Of a DNA stretch of 64,000 nucleotides, positions 26,780-36,024 are shown one piece after another; the first letter of the stretch is position 1; each line of letters begins with the position of its first letter. The notes beneath the pieces were generated by a model. That model was not told the origin of the DNA, made no database searches, and saw only the letters and a list, made by a program, of their open reading frames with translations. This DNA is from a virus: IMG/VR virus record IMGVR_UViG_3300045988_166055, positions 79,505 to 143,504 of that record. One strand, written 5' to 3'. Both the position numbers and the translations under genes were made by a program.

Positions 26780-27463
26780 ATGACCCTTTCTGAGGACATG
26801 AAGAAAATAGCCCAAGACGATATAGAAGAAATCATTGATTGGCTTGAAGATGATGGATACAAAGCCAGTTTAGTTTCAATGGAACTTGATCCTGATGAAA
26901 TTGAAATGGATTTGATTCAAAATGTAAAAGCTGTTTTCAGTGTAAACGGAAAAGAAATCCCGCTTAATTTTTATTATTCAATTAAGACGGAAGCAAAAGA
27001 AATCTACATAAATAGGTCGGATGACGAACTTGCAAACGCTTTGAAGGCAGCATCAGTAAATGTATCTGAATCTAAAAAAATTAAATCAAAAAATATTACT
27101 GCTGCTAAGATAACAGCTGCAGATGAAGATTTTGAAAGCGATGAATTTGACGAGTCTTTTGACGAGTCTACTTCTGAAGAAGATTCAGACAGCTTAGCTG
27201 ATAGTATTGACAGCATTTCTGACAAGGTTGACGATATGCAGGATACTATTGATGATGCTGAAGTCGAAGATGATATTGACATAGATATAGAAAATAATAT
27301 CGACAATCATTATATCGCTGAATGCGAAAGATGTCATGGTATATTTATTTCTTCCGTTGTTGAATCAGATCAGCAGCTTGAAAAAATTCATGGAACCTGT
27401 CCTCTTTGCGATAGAGATACCGATCAGTATCTAAAATGGACTGTCAAGAAGGTAGAAAAATGA
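26780..27463 (+). CDS. highly acidic protein with C-terminal zinc ribbon
   Basis: A long D/E/S-rich tract (DEDFESDEFDESFDESTSEEDSDS...) is followed by CERCHG...CPLCD. Confidence 0.5.
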   Translation: MTLSEDMKKIAQDDIEEIIDWLEDDGYKASLVSMELDPDEIEMDLIQNVKAVFSVNGKEIPLNFYYSIKTEAKEIYINRSDDELANALKAASVNVSESKKIKSKNITAAKITAADEDFESDEFDESFDESTSEEDSDSLADSIDSISDKVDDMQDTIDDAEVEDDIDIDIENNIDNHYIAECERCHGIFISSVVESDQQLEKIHGTCPLCDRDTDQYLKWTVKKVEK

Positions 27464-27639
27464 AGAGTAAAAAGAAAGGATTTTTAACTTGTGATATATG
27501 CGGAAAAGACTTCATAAAGGTTTATGATAGCATATATCAGTTTCCTTTCAAAGGTAAAATGTGTCACTTCTGTTCATATACATGTTATAGAGTTGGGCAA
27601 GCGACAAAGGAGAGATTGAAAAATGAAAAAGATGGTTAG
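27460..27639 (+). CDS. small CxxC...FCSxxC zinc-finger protein (third paralogue of the motif)
   Basis: CDICGKDFIKVYDSIYQFPFKGKMCHFCSYTCY. Confidence 0.5.
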   Translation: MKSKKKGFLTCDICGKDFIKVYDSIYQFPFKGKMCHFCSYTCYRVGQATKERLKNEKDG

Positions 27640-28027
27640 CTCATTCCGAAGTGCAATCAAAGCTGATTCAATGAATACAAAGATAACCCAAACTAATAAA
27701 ATTAGAATAGGCGGAAATAATTTCAGAGTGCATACAACAGAATACAATGATGCACCCGATGCCGATGTTATTCAATTATACAATGATTTCTGCGCATCCA
27801 TTTCCATGATTGCACCTTACGATGATGCAGATTACTTCTGGGCAACAATTACAAGAGGAACAATCAAGTATATTCGAGGCGGAAAAGTAAAAGAAATTGA
27901 TTACTACATGAACGCTGATGATATGGACATTGAAAACAATGAATGGGCAAACGAAATAATTGAACAGGTTTGTGTTAGACTGAATCAGTTAAATAAAAAC
28001 ATTGAACCTAGAATTATTCACAATTGA
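27623..28027 (+). CDS. hypothetical protein
   Basis: 134-aa ORF. Confidence 0.5.
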   Translation: MKKMVSSFRSAIKADSMNTKITQTNKIRIGGNNFRVHTTEYNDAPDADVIQLYNDFCASISMIAPYDDADYFWATITRGTIKYIRGGKVKEIDYYMNADDMDIENNEWANEIIEQVCVRLNQLNKNIEPRIIHN

Positions 28028-28037
28028 GGTGAAATTT

Positions 28038-28730
28038 ATGAAGATAATCAAAAAGAGAATATTCTGCTCATTTAACGGTGAGCCTGATCCTACAGGTCTT
28101 TCTGAAGGGTCATTGCGAGATGCACAGAAAGCAAAAACATGGCAAGAAGTTTACAAATTATTTGATAAAATTGTAGACAAATATATGCCTGATGCTGAAA
28201 AGATTGAAAAAGAAGTTTACAATCTTTATGAAAAGAATAAAGGCTTGAAACAGTATCAAGAAGCATATGATCATTGGATTGATGAAGCTGATTTATCTAT
28301 CGAAAACAATGAAGAATACGAAATAGAGAGCTCTGTAGATATTGATGAAGAAACAGAAGATCCTAAATGGATATGTCTTGATATTAAGCATGTAAGAGAT
28401 AGCGACGGAATGCTGACTGATTACGCTCTTTACACAACCAAAGACGAAGATAAATATATCTGCATGTTTGGAGATGCAGATGTATATGCTCCAGATGAGA
28501 TGTATGCAGATGCTGAATTTGATACTGAAGATGAAGCGCTTGAATGGTTTGAAAATTATGTTGGGCCTGGAGATGAAGATGATGAAGATGATATATACTC
28601 TTCAGAGGAAACTGATGGTGACGAAGATAATGATGATCTAGATCATCCTGATCAAGAGTTTGATTCCGCAGATACTTCAATAAATTCTTCTAAACTCCCA
28701 GCTGTGGGAGATGACATCATATTTATTTGA
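28038..28730 (+). CDS. acidic protein ending in the LD.P.QEF.S..TSIN..KLPAV motif
   Basis: ATG 28038 follows GAGGTG. The C-terminal motif is encoded at 28635-28706. Confidence 0.5.
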   Translation: MKIIKKRIFCSFNGEPDPTGLSEGSLRDAQKAKTWQEVYKLFDKIVDKYMPDAEKIEKEVYNLYEKNKGLKQYQEAYDHWIDEADLSIENNEEYEIESSVDIDEETEDPKWICLDIKHVRDSDGMLTDYALYTTKDEDKYICMFGDADVYAPDEMYADAEFDTEDEALEWFENYVGPGDEDDEDDIYSSEETDGDEDNDDLDHPDQEFDSADTSINSSKLPAVGDDIIFI

Positions 28731-28751
28731 GTGGGTAGTATGATAACGCCT

Positions 28752-28769
28752 TAACCTTATATCTTATTG
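28752..28769 (+). promoter_or_regulatory. class-2 promoter-like box
   Basis: TAACCTTATATCTTATTG. Confidence 0.45.
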
Positions 28770-28787
28770 GTTAAGGGGGAGATAATA

Positions 28788-29789
28788 TTGGTAGGTATAT
28801 ATAAAATACAAAACAAAATCAACGGAAAAATTTATATAGGACAATCGGTAGATATAAATAGTAGATTGCAGGATCATAGAAAAAACAGCAGTAATACATA
28901 TTTAAGAAATTCAATTAAAAAATATGGATTATCAAATTTTTCATTTGAAGTAGAAGAAATCTGTGATGAATCAGAATTAGATGAAAGAGAAAAATTCTAT
29001 ATAGAATATTATGATGCTACAAATCCTGACAAAGGTTATAATGTACAGCTAGGTGGAAAGATATCGGAAGCTGCTAGCGGAGAACATTATAGAAACTGGT
29101 TAAGTCAATTAGCTAAGAATAGAGCTTCATCGCCAGATTATAAGAATCCTGCAGAAGGTACAACTCTAATAAGTAAAGGCGACATTACTTCTAGATGTAA
29201 AGTATGCGATTTAGATAAATATCTATCAGAAGGTTGGATCATTGGACCTTCAAACATATGGAGGGAATCGCACAGACATTCGTCTAACATAGAATATTTT
29301 TCAAATCATAAATTTGTAGGGCCTAAAAACGGATTCTACGGTAAACACCATACAGAAGCTACAAAAGAAAAGATACGTAGAAATATGCCAGATACTGGTA
29401 AAGCTAACAGAGGAAAAAAATTATCTGAGGAGCAGAAGGCTAAGCTTAGAGGACCCAGACCTTCTATATCAGGAGACAAGAATCCTAACTATGGTAAGCG
29501 AGGAGAAAATTCTATAATGCATGGTCGAAGAGTAATAAACAACGGAGTATCTGAAAAACGAATAAATTCAAATGAATTAGATAAATACTTATCTAAAGGA
29601 TGGAGTTTAGGCCGTAAACCTTCTGTAAAAGATAACTTAAAACAAGTTGCTTCGAAGGCTAGTAACAATAAGAAGCTACTAAATAATGGGAAAATATGCA
29701 AATACTTCTATACCGATGAGGTAGAAAATAAAATTAAAGACGGTTGGAAAGTAGGTAGGTTAAATGAAAATATTGAAAATAACTGCTAG
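28788..29789 (+). mobile_element. GIY-YIG homing endonuclease (I-TevI-like, with NUMOD3-type repeats)
   Basis: VGIYKIQNKINGKIYIGQS...R...H, then KYG..NF, then repeated H.E..K.K(I/L) and NPNYGK modules. TTG 28788 lies 7 nt after AAGGGGGA. Confidence 0.8.
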
Positions 29790-31170
29790 TGTTGATGAAA
29801 ATGATGTCGAATTAGATAATCCTGAACAAGAATTTACATCAGAAAATACATCAATAAATAAGAATAAGCTTCCAGCAGTTTATCGCTTAATAAATATACC
29901 CAAATGGTCTGTAGGAATTGATTTTGGTGGTGGAAAATGGGACACCGCAGTAGAGCATATCCGAGATTTAGGTGCAACACTCTGTGTATACGATCCGTAT
30001 AACAGAACTGCTCAGCACAACAGAGAAATGCTTAAAACGCTAAAAGCAAACGGCGGAGCTGATTGGGCTGTAAATTCAAATGTTCTGAATGTTATCAAGG
30101 AGCAGGAAGCAAGACAAAGTGTTTTAAGAAACATTTCTAAGATAACTAAATCTGGAGCCCCTATTTATATTACAGTCTACGAAGGTAGAGGAGACGCAAA
30201 GGAAGGTCCAACAAAATCTGGTTACCAGCTTAACAGAAAGACTCAAGATTATCTAGAAGAAATTCAAGAAGTCTTCCCAGATGCAAAGAGAAAAGGTAAG
30301 CTGATCATTGCACATAATGTTCAGTCAGCAAGCTCTTCTACAAATGTTAATTCGTCCGAAAAAGTTCGCCCTATAGATGAATTAAATGAGGTAACAGATC
30401 AAATTAGAGACGACCTGATTCAGAAACTAGTTGATGTTATGTCAGGTACAACTTTTGGATTCTCTAGAAATGAAGCTATTGATTATTCAAGAGTAGATAT
30501 TAGATTTGACGACGATGAAAACAGGATTGAAGTTGAAGTTGGTGCAGAAGTTAGCTACGACGGTCTAATGCGAATTGCTCAAGAGCTTGATCCTATAATT
30601 CAATCGTATGATCAAGATGCTTACTTTGATGCTGAAGATGCAGGATTGCTTGTCGCAGTTATTCCATACGAGTCATTGAGAAAGCACATGAATGTTAATT
30701 CAGCTGTTGACGTTCCCGAACCTTCATTAGATCCTCCTGAATACGATGATCCTGAGGAAGGTGAAGAAACAGTTGAAGTTGAATGTGACATCAATCAACT
30801 TGAAATAACAGTTGACGAAGACGGATCATGGGAATATCAAAGAGATGATTTCCTTGACGAAATTCTTACTTCCGAGGATGAGCTTACTTCTGAAGAATAT
30901 GATGTATACATTCAGGACAGAAACGGCTTGATTGAAGACTTTGACTCAATTGTAGAGCCTAGCATCCCAGGAGTACCTGGAACTTATTTAATTTCTTGCC
31001 ATGTCAAAATGGTTTATGACGTAACAGGCGTAGAGATTGTACGTGAATATCAAGGTAAAGACGAAGACGGTGATCCTATAATTGATGAGGATTACTACAC
31101 CGGAAATGCTGATGTAGAGTTCAACAGAAATGAAAGCTACATAACAAACTTCTATTCAGAAGAAATCTAA
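29764..31170 (+). CDS. SAM-methyltransferase-like domain protein with acidic C-terminal half
   Basis: GIDFGGGKWDTA...CVYDP (motif I-like) and SNVLNVI...GAPIYITVYEG. The N-terminus repeats the LD.P.QEF.S..TSIN..KLPAV motif (29809-29880). The gene overlaps the end of the endonuclease gene by 26 nt. Confidence 0.45.
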   Translation: MKILKITASVDENDVELDNPEQEFTSENTSINKNKLPAVYRLINIPKWSVGIDFGGGKWDTAVEHIRDLGATLCVYDPYNRTAQHNREMLKTLKANGGADWAVNSNVLNVIKEQEARQSVLRNISKITKSGAPIYITVYEGRGDAKEGPTKSGYQLNRKTQDYLEEIQEVFPDAKRKGKLIIAHNVQSASSSTNVNSSEKVRPIDELNEVTDQIRDDLIQKLVDVMSGTTFGFSRNEAIDYSRVDIRFDDDENRIEVEVGAEVSYDGLMRIAQELDPIIQSYDQDAYFDAEDAGLLVAVIPYESLRKHMNVNSAVDVPEPSLDPPEYDDPEEGEETVEVECDINQLEITVDEDGSWEYQRDDFLDEILTSEDELTSEEYDVYIQDRNGLIEDFDSIVEPSIPGVPGTYLISCHVKMVYDVTGVEIVREYQGKDEDGDPIIDEDYYTGNADVEFNRNESYITNFYSEEI

Positions 31171-31178
31171 ATAGATAA

Positions 31179-31193
31179 GAATCGTTATAATCA
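31179..31193 (+). promoter_or_regulatory. class-1 promoter-like box overlapping a terminator stem
   Basis: GAATCGTTATAATCA. Confidence 0.5.
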
Positions 31194-31225
31194 GTGAAGG
31201 AGAAATTCTTCACTGATTATTTTTT
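31189..31225 (+). terminator. rho-independent terminator
   Basis: AATCAGTGAAG 31189-99 pairs with CTTCACTGATT 31208-18 and is followed by ATTTTTT. Confidence 0.7.
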
Positions 31226-31242
31226 ACGGAGGACACATCAAA

Positions 31243-31623
31243 ATGAAAAAATTCAGATCCGTACTTTCTGTAATCTTTGGAGTTATCTGTGCATTCAGTT
31301 TCTTTATCTGCATCAGCATAGATGCAGATCATCCTGATTGGTTCAAGTATCTCATGATTGGATTCATCACCTTTGTAGTGTCTTACTTCCTTGCAAGTTT
31401 CTTCTATAATCCTCATAAGTACATTCGTCATTTTTATGCTGCTTTCATGACAATTGCAATTAAAATTCAAATTCGTCGTAGACCTAATAGCAAACTTGCT
31501 TTAGGTGTGAAGGAAAAATTTTCCTTTAGGCATGGCGGTCATTATAATAAGAAAATCAACTACAAGAAGTTCTATCGTTATGCTCTTAGCTACTATGATA
31601 GAGATCATTTTCAGGAGGTATAA
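31243..31623 (+). CDS. small membrane protein
   Basis: Two hydrophobic helices: VLSVIFGVICAFSFFICISI and LMIGFITFVVSYFLASFF. Confidence 0.5.
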   Translation: MKKFRSVLSVIFGVICAFSFFICISIDADHPDWFKYLMIGFITFVVSYFLASFFYNPHKYIRHFYAAFMTIAIKIQIRRRPNSKLALGVKEKFSFRHGGHYNKKINYKKFYRYALSYYDRDHFQEV

Positions 31624-31628
31624 ATACA

Positions 31629-33233
31629 TTGAATCTTAATGAAGAGCAGAAGCTAGCAGTTGAATGCGATGATGATCTAATTTTATGCATGGCTGGAGCA
31701 GGGTCTGGCAAAACAACTGTTCTCATTGAAAGAATAAGCAGACTTTGTGAAAAAGAAGATCCAAAGAGTATTCTTGCTCTTACATTTACAAATGCCGCAG
31801 CATTTGAAATGAAGGACAGATATATAAGACGAAATCCTGGAAAGCTTGTACCAGAATTTAGAACATTCCACAGTTTCTGCTATTCTGTTCTTTGCACAGA
31901 TTATGAAATCCGAAATAAGCTTGGATATCATTCTGTTCCGAGCATATGCGACGAAGCAAAGATGAAGCGTATTCAGAATACTGTTTATCTTGAATTAGGT
32001 CTACATCTTTCTAAAGATGAATTAAATGGAAAAGTTAAACTTAGTCCAAAGAAAGAGCAAGAATATGCTCTTTATAAAAAGAGAATCAAAAAAGTAATGA
32101 AAGACGAAAACATAATCACTTTCGATGAATTGTCTTCGTCTATTTGTGATTTGTTCTTCAACGAAGACCAATTGACCAATAAATACAAAGATCGATTCAA
32201 GTATCTTCTTATTGATGAATTTCAAGATACAAGTCCGGAACAGTGGAAGTTTGCAACTTCGTTCAAACATTCTAAAATTTTTCTTGTCGGAGATGAGAAA
32301 CAGGCAATCTATTCCTTCAGAGGCGCTGACAGCTCTATCATAAAGATGCTTTCTGAACTTGATAATTGGACTCATATCTATCTTCCTAGAAATTATAGAT
32401 CAACAACGCAAATATGCAGTTTCGCAAATAAAATTGTTCGTCAGTCTGGTAGCAAACTGAAGATAGAACTGATTTCTGATAGGTCAGGACCTAGTGTTAC
32501 TGTTCTTCCTTCTACATCAAACAGATATTCTGAACCTATTGGAATAGATGATTTTGCTACTTTCTGCGAAATGAATAGAGAGCTTGAAGGAACAACAGCA
32601 ATTCTATGTAGATCAAACTCAGAAGTAGCAGAAGTTTGCAGAATGCTTGATGGTGCAGGACTAAACTATCTTACAGGTAAGAAGAACACAGACTACAAGT
32701 ATATTATTAAATCTGTAAAGGATAACGAATATCTAGCAGACTGGCTTGCTTCTTACTTGAATGCAGATAAATACGCTGATTTTATTCGTATTCAGTCAAT
32801 TGAAAATATGAGCAGAATTGATGTAATTGTAAATTACTTTTCAAATGTAAAGAAGATTCAAGATAGACTTAGAAAAGTGGTAACTATTAGAAAAGCGTTG
32901 AAAAACCCTTCTAGGTCAAGGATGTCTATGGCCGTCGATGTATTGACTATTTGTGGATTCAATCCCTTAGATAATCAAATTGAAGTAGACGAAAATTGTT
33001 CGTCTGACGAACTTTTTGAAGCAATTACAGCAGTGATTGAAGAGAAGATTGTATCAGATCTATATGTAGGAACAATTCACAGCTCTAAGGGGCTTGAATA
33101 TGACAATGTATTTCTTTTCAATGTGAACGACTATTCATTCAAATTGAACAAAGAGGATCAGTGGAATCTTTATTATGTAGGTGTTACAAGGGCAAAGACT
33201 AATCTTGTTATATTCAAAGGAGACGCATACTGA
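31629..33233 (+). CDS. UvrD/PcrA/Rep-family helicase
   Basis: TTG start. Motifs: CMAGAGSGKTT, LLIDEFQDTSPEQW, NYRSTTQI, VGTIHSSKGLEYDNVF. Confidence 0.8.
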   Translation: MNLNEEQKLAVECDDDLILCMAGAGSGKTTVLIERISRLCEKEDPKSILALTFTNAAAFEMKDRYIRRNPGKLVPEFRTFHSFCYSVLCTDYEIRNKLGYHSVPSICDEAKMKRIQNTVYLELGLHLSKDELNGKVKLSPKKEQEYALYKKRIKKVMKDENIITFDELSSSICDLFFNEDQLTNKYKDRFKYLLIDEFQDTSPEQWKFATSFKHSKIFLVGDEKQAIYSFRGADSSIIKMLSELDNWTHIYLPRNYRSTTQICSFANKIVRQSGSKLKIELISDRSGPSVTVLPSTSNRYSEPIGIDDFATFCEMNRELEGTTAILCRSNSEVAEVCRMLDGAGLNYLTGKKNTDYKYIIKSVKDNEYLADWLASYLNADKYADFIRIQSIENMSRIDVIVNYFSNVKKIQDRLRKVVTIRKALKNPSRSRMSMAVDVLTICGFNPLDNQIEVDENCSSDELFEAITAVIEEKIVSDLYVGTIHSSKGLEYDNVFLFNVNDYSFKLNKEDQWNLYYVGVTRAKTNLVIFKGDAY

Positions 33234-33562
33234 TGAATAACCCAACCGAAGATTTCTTGACAACAATATCAAAGAGATTATCATCTAGATCAGATTGTAA
33301 GAATGTTATGTATGTTGTTAGAATCAAAAGTAACACAGTGACAATGTTTCCAGATATATATGTATACAGAAGTAAGCACAACAGAAAGCCTGAAGATAAA
33401 ATGAACATACTATGTTATGTTCAGAATGTAGTTAAAGGACTTCATGTAAATTTAGAAGTAGACGGTGGAATCGTTATTGATGATGTAAATTTACAGGATG
33501 GTGAGTACATATATCAATCTTCTTTTGATAACAAAAGAAGAAAGTGGAGAAGACTTGTCTGA
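33233..33562 (+). CDS. hypothetical protein
   Basis: TGATG start/stop overlap with the helicase gene. Confidence 0.5.
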   Translation: MNNPTEDFLTTISKRLSSRSDCKNVMYVVRIKSNTVTMFPDIYVYRSKHNRKPEDKMNILCYVQNVVKGLHVNLEVDGGIVIDDVNLQDGEYIYQSSFDNKRRKWRRLV

Positions 33563-33579
33563 CACCTTAGGAGGAAAAT

Positions 33580-35364
33580 ATGAAAATTAAATCAGTTGAG
33601 ATCTGGGGAATGCACAATGTGTTGCACAAGAAGTATGACTTCAGTAGTGTAAACTATTTCTTCGGAAAGAATGGTTCCGGAAAAACAACTGTGCTGCAGG
33701 CTGTGCAGCTGGCGCTTCTCGGATACATTCCTGGAACAAATAAGAAGGCACAGGATATCTTTACACATAGCTGCGCGCCAGAGATGAAAGTTTCTCTGGT
33801 ATTTGACAATGGATACAATATCACTCGAAGCTACAAGAAAAACAAGCAGTCAGTAAAATCTGAAACAACTTGTATTCCTGATGGATTTGACCCTTCTGAT
33901 ATTCTAAAAGATATAGAATTGCCTGTTTTTAACTTTAGTTCCTTCCTCACAATGTCTCCAAATGCTATGAAGAATTGGTTCATTAAATTCTTGCCGTCTT
34001 CTGAAAATGAAGTAAACTGGAAAGATATTCTAGATGGATCAGAAGTAAGCTATGTAAATGACTCTCTTTATAGAGATGTTCTAAATTATGCGTCCGAGCT
34101 GCCTCCTGATATTGAAGGTGTTATTAAACTAAATGAATATATGAAAGCCTTACTTTCATTCAAACAAGCAGAGCAGAAGCGATATCAGTCTACTTTCTCT
34201 TCATTGGTTTACTATCAAGATTATGATGGACCAAACAATGAAAACGAAATTACTGATAAGATTGCGTCACTTCGTCTTACTAAGCAGAAGTATTTGAATG
34301 ATGTCTCTGCTTATAATTCTCAGCAGTATACTGAACGATGTCTTTCTGAATATTCAGACTTAAGCGATGAAATAAATAATGATGACGATTTTATTTCCTG
34401 CCAGTCTTCTGTACATGATCTTGAAAATAAACTAAGAGAAATCGATTCAAAAAAGTTTGAAATTGAGAGAGAGATCAATTCAAAGCGTCATGAATACGAC
34501 GAAGTAAACAAAGTTGCATCAACCGGAGGAATTTGTTCTTACACAAATGAAGTTTGCTCTTCTATTCAGCCAATGATAAACGGAATGAAAGAGCGTTCAG
34601 TAAGGTTGAAAGAAAGCATTTCTAATCTAAAAATTCAGCTAGAATCTATTTCTTATTCTAGAGTGTCTGTATGTAAAACTTTGAATGAAACAAAACAGAA
34701 AGTTGCGGCCATCATCAAGCGTTATGATGAAAGAGATACTATTCTTAAAAGCTACAATCCTGTAAGTAAGCCCGAAGATTTGGATATTTCTTTCATTGAT
34801 AATGAAATTGCAAGACTTGAGGAATGTATTGTTCAGTTGCGAGCAAACCTTCAATATGATAGAATTTCCGAAAATGTTAGCAGAGAAAAGATGGTCATGG
34901 AGCAAGACATTGACACACTAAAGAATTGGATCAATGCTACCGGGCCTAATGGAATTCAGGCAAGCTTGTCTGAAAAGCCATTCCACGATATGGAAATCAT
35001 TCTAAATGATTTCCTCCATACAATGTATGATCCAAACATCTCCTTCAAGTTTATTCTTGACAGCAAGAACAATAGTTTCGGATTTGGAATCATTCGTGAT
35101 AAACGATTCATCAAATTTGATACGCTATCAAGTGGTGAGAAATGCATTGTATCTATTGTACTTGCTACTGGGTTGATTAGCTGCAACAAATCTCAAATTC
35201 ATCTAATGCTTGTTGATGATGCGCTTGATCATCTAGATGACGAAAAAGCAGATATGTTCTTCAGCACACTCGCAAAACTTGGAGACACTCAGTTCATTCT
35301 TGCAGGTGTTAAAAAATGTAATGTTAATACCAGTGATAACTTCAAAATCACTGAAATAATTTAA
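33580..35364 (+). CDS. SbcC/Rad50-like recombination ATPase (T4 gp46 analogue)
   Basis: Walker A FFGKNGSGKTT, a long coiled-coil middle, signature LSSGEK, and Walker B LMLVDDALDHLD. Confidence 0.7.
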   Translation: MKIKSVEIWGMHNVLHKKYDFSSVNYFFGKNGSGKTTVLQAVQLALLGYIPGTNKKAQDIFTHSCAPEMKVSLVFDNGYNITRSYKKNKQSVKSETTCIPDGFDPSDILKDIELPVFNFSSFLTMSPNAMKNWFIKFLPSSENEVNWKDILDGSEVSYVNDSLYRDVLNYASELPPDIEGVIKLNEYMKALLSFKQAEQKRYQSTFSSLVYYQDYDGPNNENEITDKIASLRLTKQKYLNDVSAYNSQQYTERCLSEYSDLSDEINNDDDFISCQSSVHDLENKLREIDSKKFEIEREINSKRHEYDEVNKVASTGGICSYTNEVCSSIQPMINGMKERSVRLKESISNLKIQLESISYSRVSVCKTLNETKQKVAAIIKRYDERDTILKSYNPVSKPEDLDISFIDNEIARLEECIVQLRANLQYDRISENVSREKMVMEQDIDTLKNWINATGPNGIQASLSEKPFHDMEIILNDFLHTMYDPNISFKFILDSKNNSFGFGIIRDKRFIKFDTLSSGEKCIVSIVLATGLISCNKSQIHLMLVDDALDHLDDEKADMFFSTLAKLGDTQFILAGVKKCNVNTSDNFKITEII

Positions 35365-35381
35365 CAAGGAGAATATAATAA

Positions 35382-35837
35382 ATGGGTCTAGAAATTGGTA
35401 AATTTGTTGATGTAGAAGTAATTCGTATCATTGACAAGGGAGCAGTTGTTCGCCTAGAGGATGGACATACAGAGCTCATTCATCTATCTAAAGTTTCTAA
35501 CAAATTTGTTAGAGACGTAAACGACTATCTTGCTGTAGGAGATAGACTGAAAGCAGAAGTAGTCAAAGGAACATACAAGGAAACTGAACTGTCAATCAAG
35601 TATCTAGATCTGTCTCCTAAAAAGAAGGAAGAAAAAACTAACCAAAAGCCCGTTGAAAATGCTAAGCCTCAGAAATCATATAATCAAGCTAAAAAGGAGT
35701 CATTTCCTCAGATGAGCCTCGATGACATGATAAAGCAAAGCAACAAGCAGTTCGACGATAAGTTCAGAGGTAAGCGAGAGTTCACAAAGAAGAACAAGAA
35801 CTATCGAAAGAAAAAAAGACCTTACGAAGATGATTGA
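35382..35837 (+). CDS. S1 RNA-binding-domain protein with basic tail
   Basis: GKFVDVEVIRIIDKGAVVRLEDGHTELIHLSKVSNKFVRDVNDYLAVGDRLKAEVV is an S1 fold pattern. Confidence 0.65.
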   Translation: MGLEIGKFVDVEVIRIIDKGAVVRLEDGHTELIHLSKVSNKFVRDVNDYLAVGDRLKAEVVKGTYKETELSIKYLDLSPKKKEEKTNQKPVENAKPQKSYNQAKKESFPQMSLDDMIKQSNKQFDDKFRGKREFTKKNKNYRKKKRPYEDD

Positions 35838-36024
35838 GACCATATTTCTTCCTGACGGAAGCATAAGGTATACAAATAGCTGTTCAAATAAATTGTACAC
35901 AAGTTATGCTGATGCTAAAGTAAATGAGGAAGAAATGAAGCAAATAGATAATAGGCTGAGGAGAAAATCCTCAGCCAATATCTATATAAATAAAACGTTT
36001 GTAAAGAAAACAAGAGGTGTATGA
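35830..36024 (+). CDS. hypothetical small protein
   Basis: 64-aa ORF that overlaps both neighbours. Confidence 0.4.
   Translation: MIETIFLPDGSIRYTNSCSNKLYTSYADAKVNEEEMKQIDNRLRRKSSANIYINKTFVKKTRGV

Noticed and set aside
31575-31582. Additional ATCGTTAT octamer inside ORF 31243-31623, just upstream of the helicase gene
   Set aside because: It lies inside coding sequence and lacks the A/T-rich TGTAG/TGTAAT continuation of the class-1 boxes. It might be a weak internal promoter but there is no further support.
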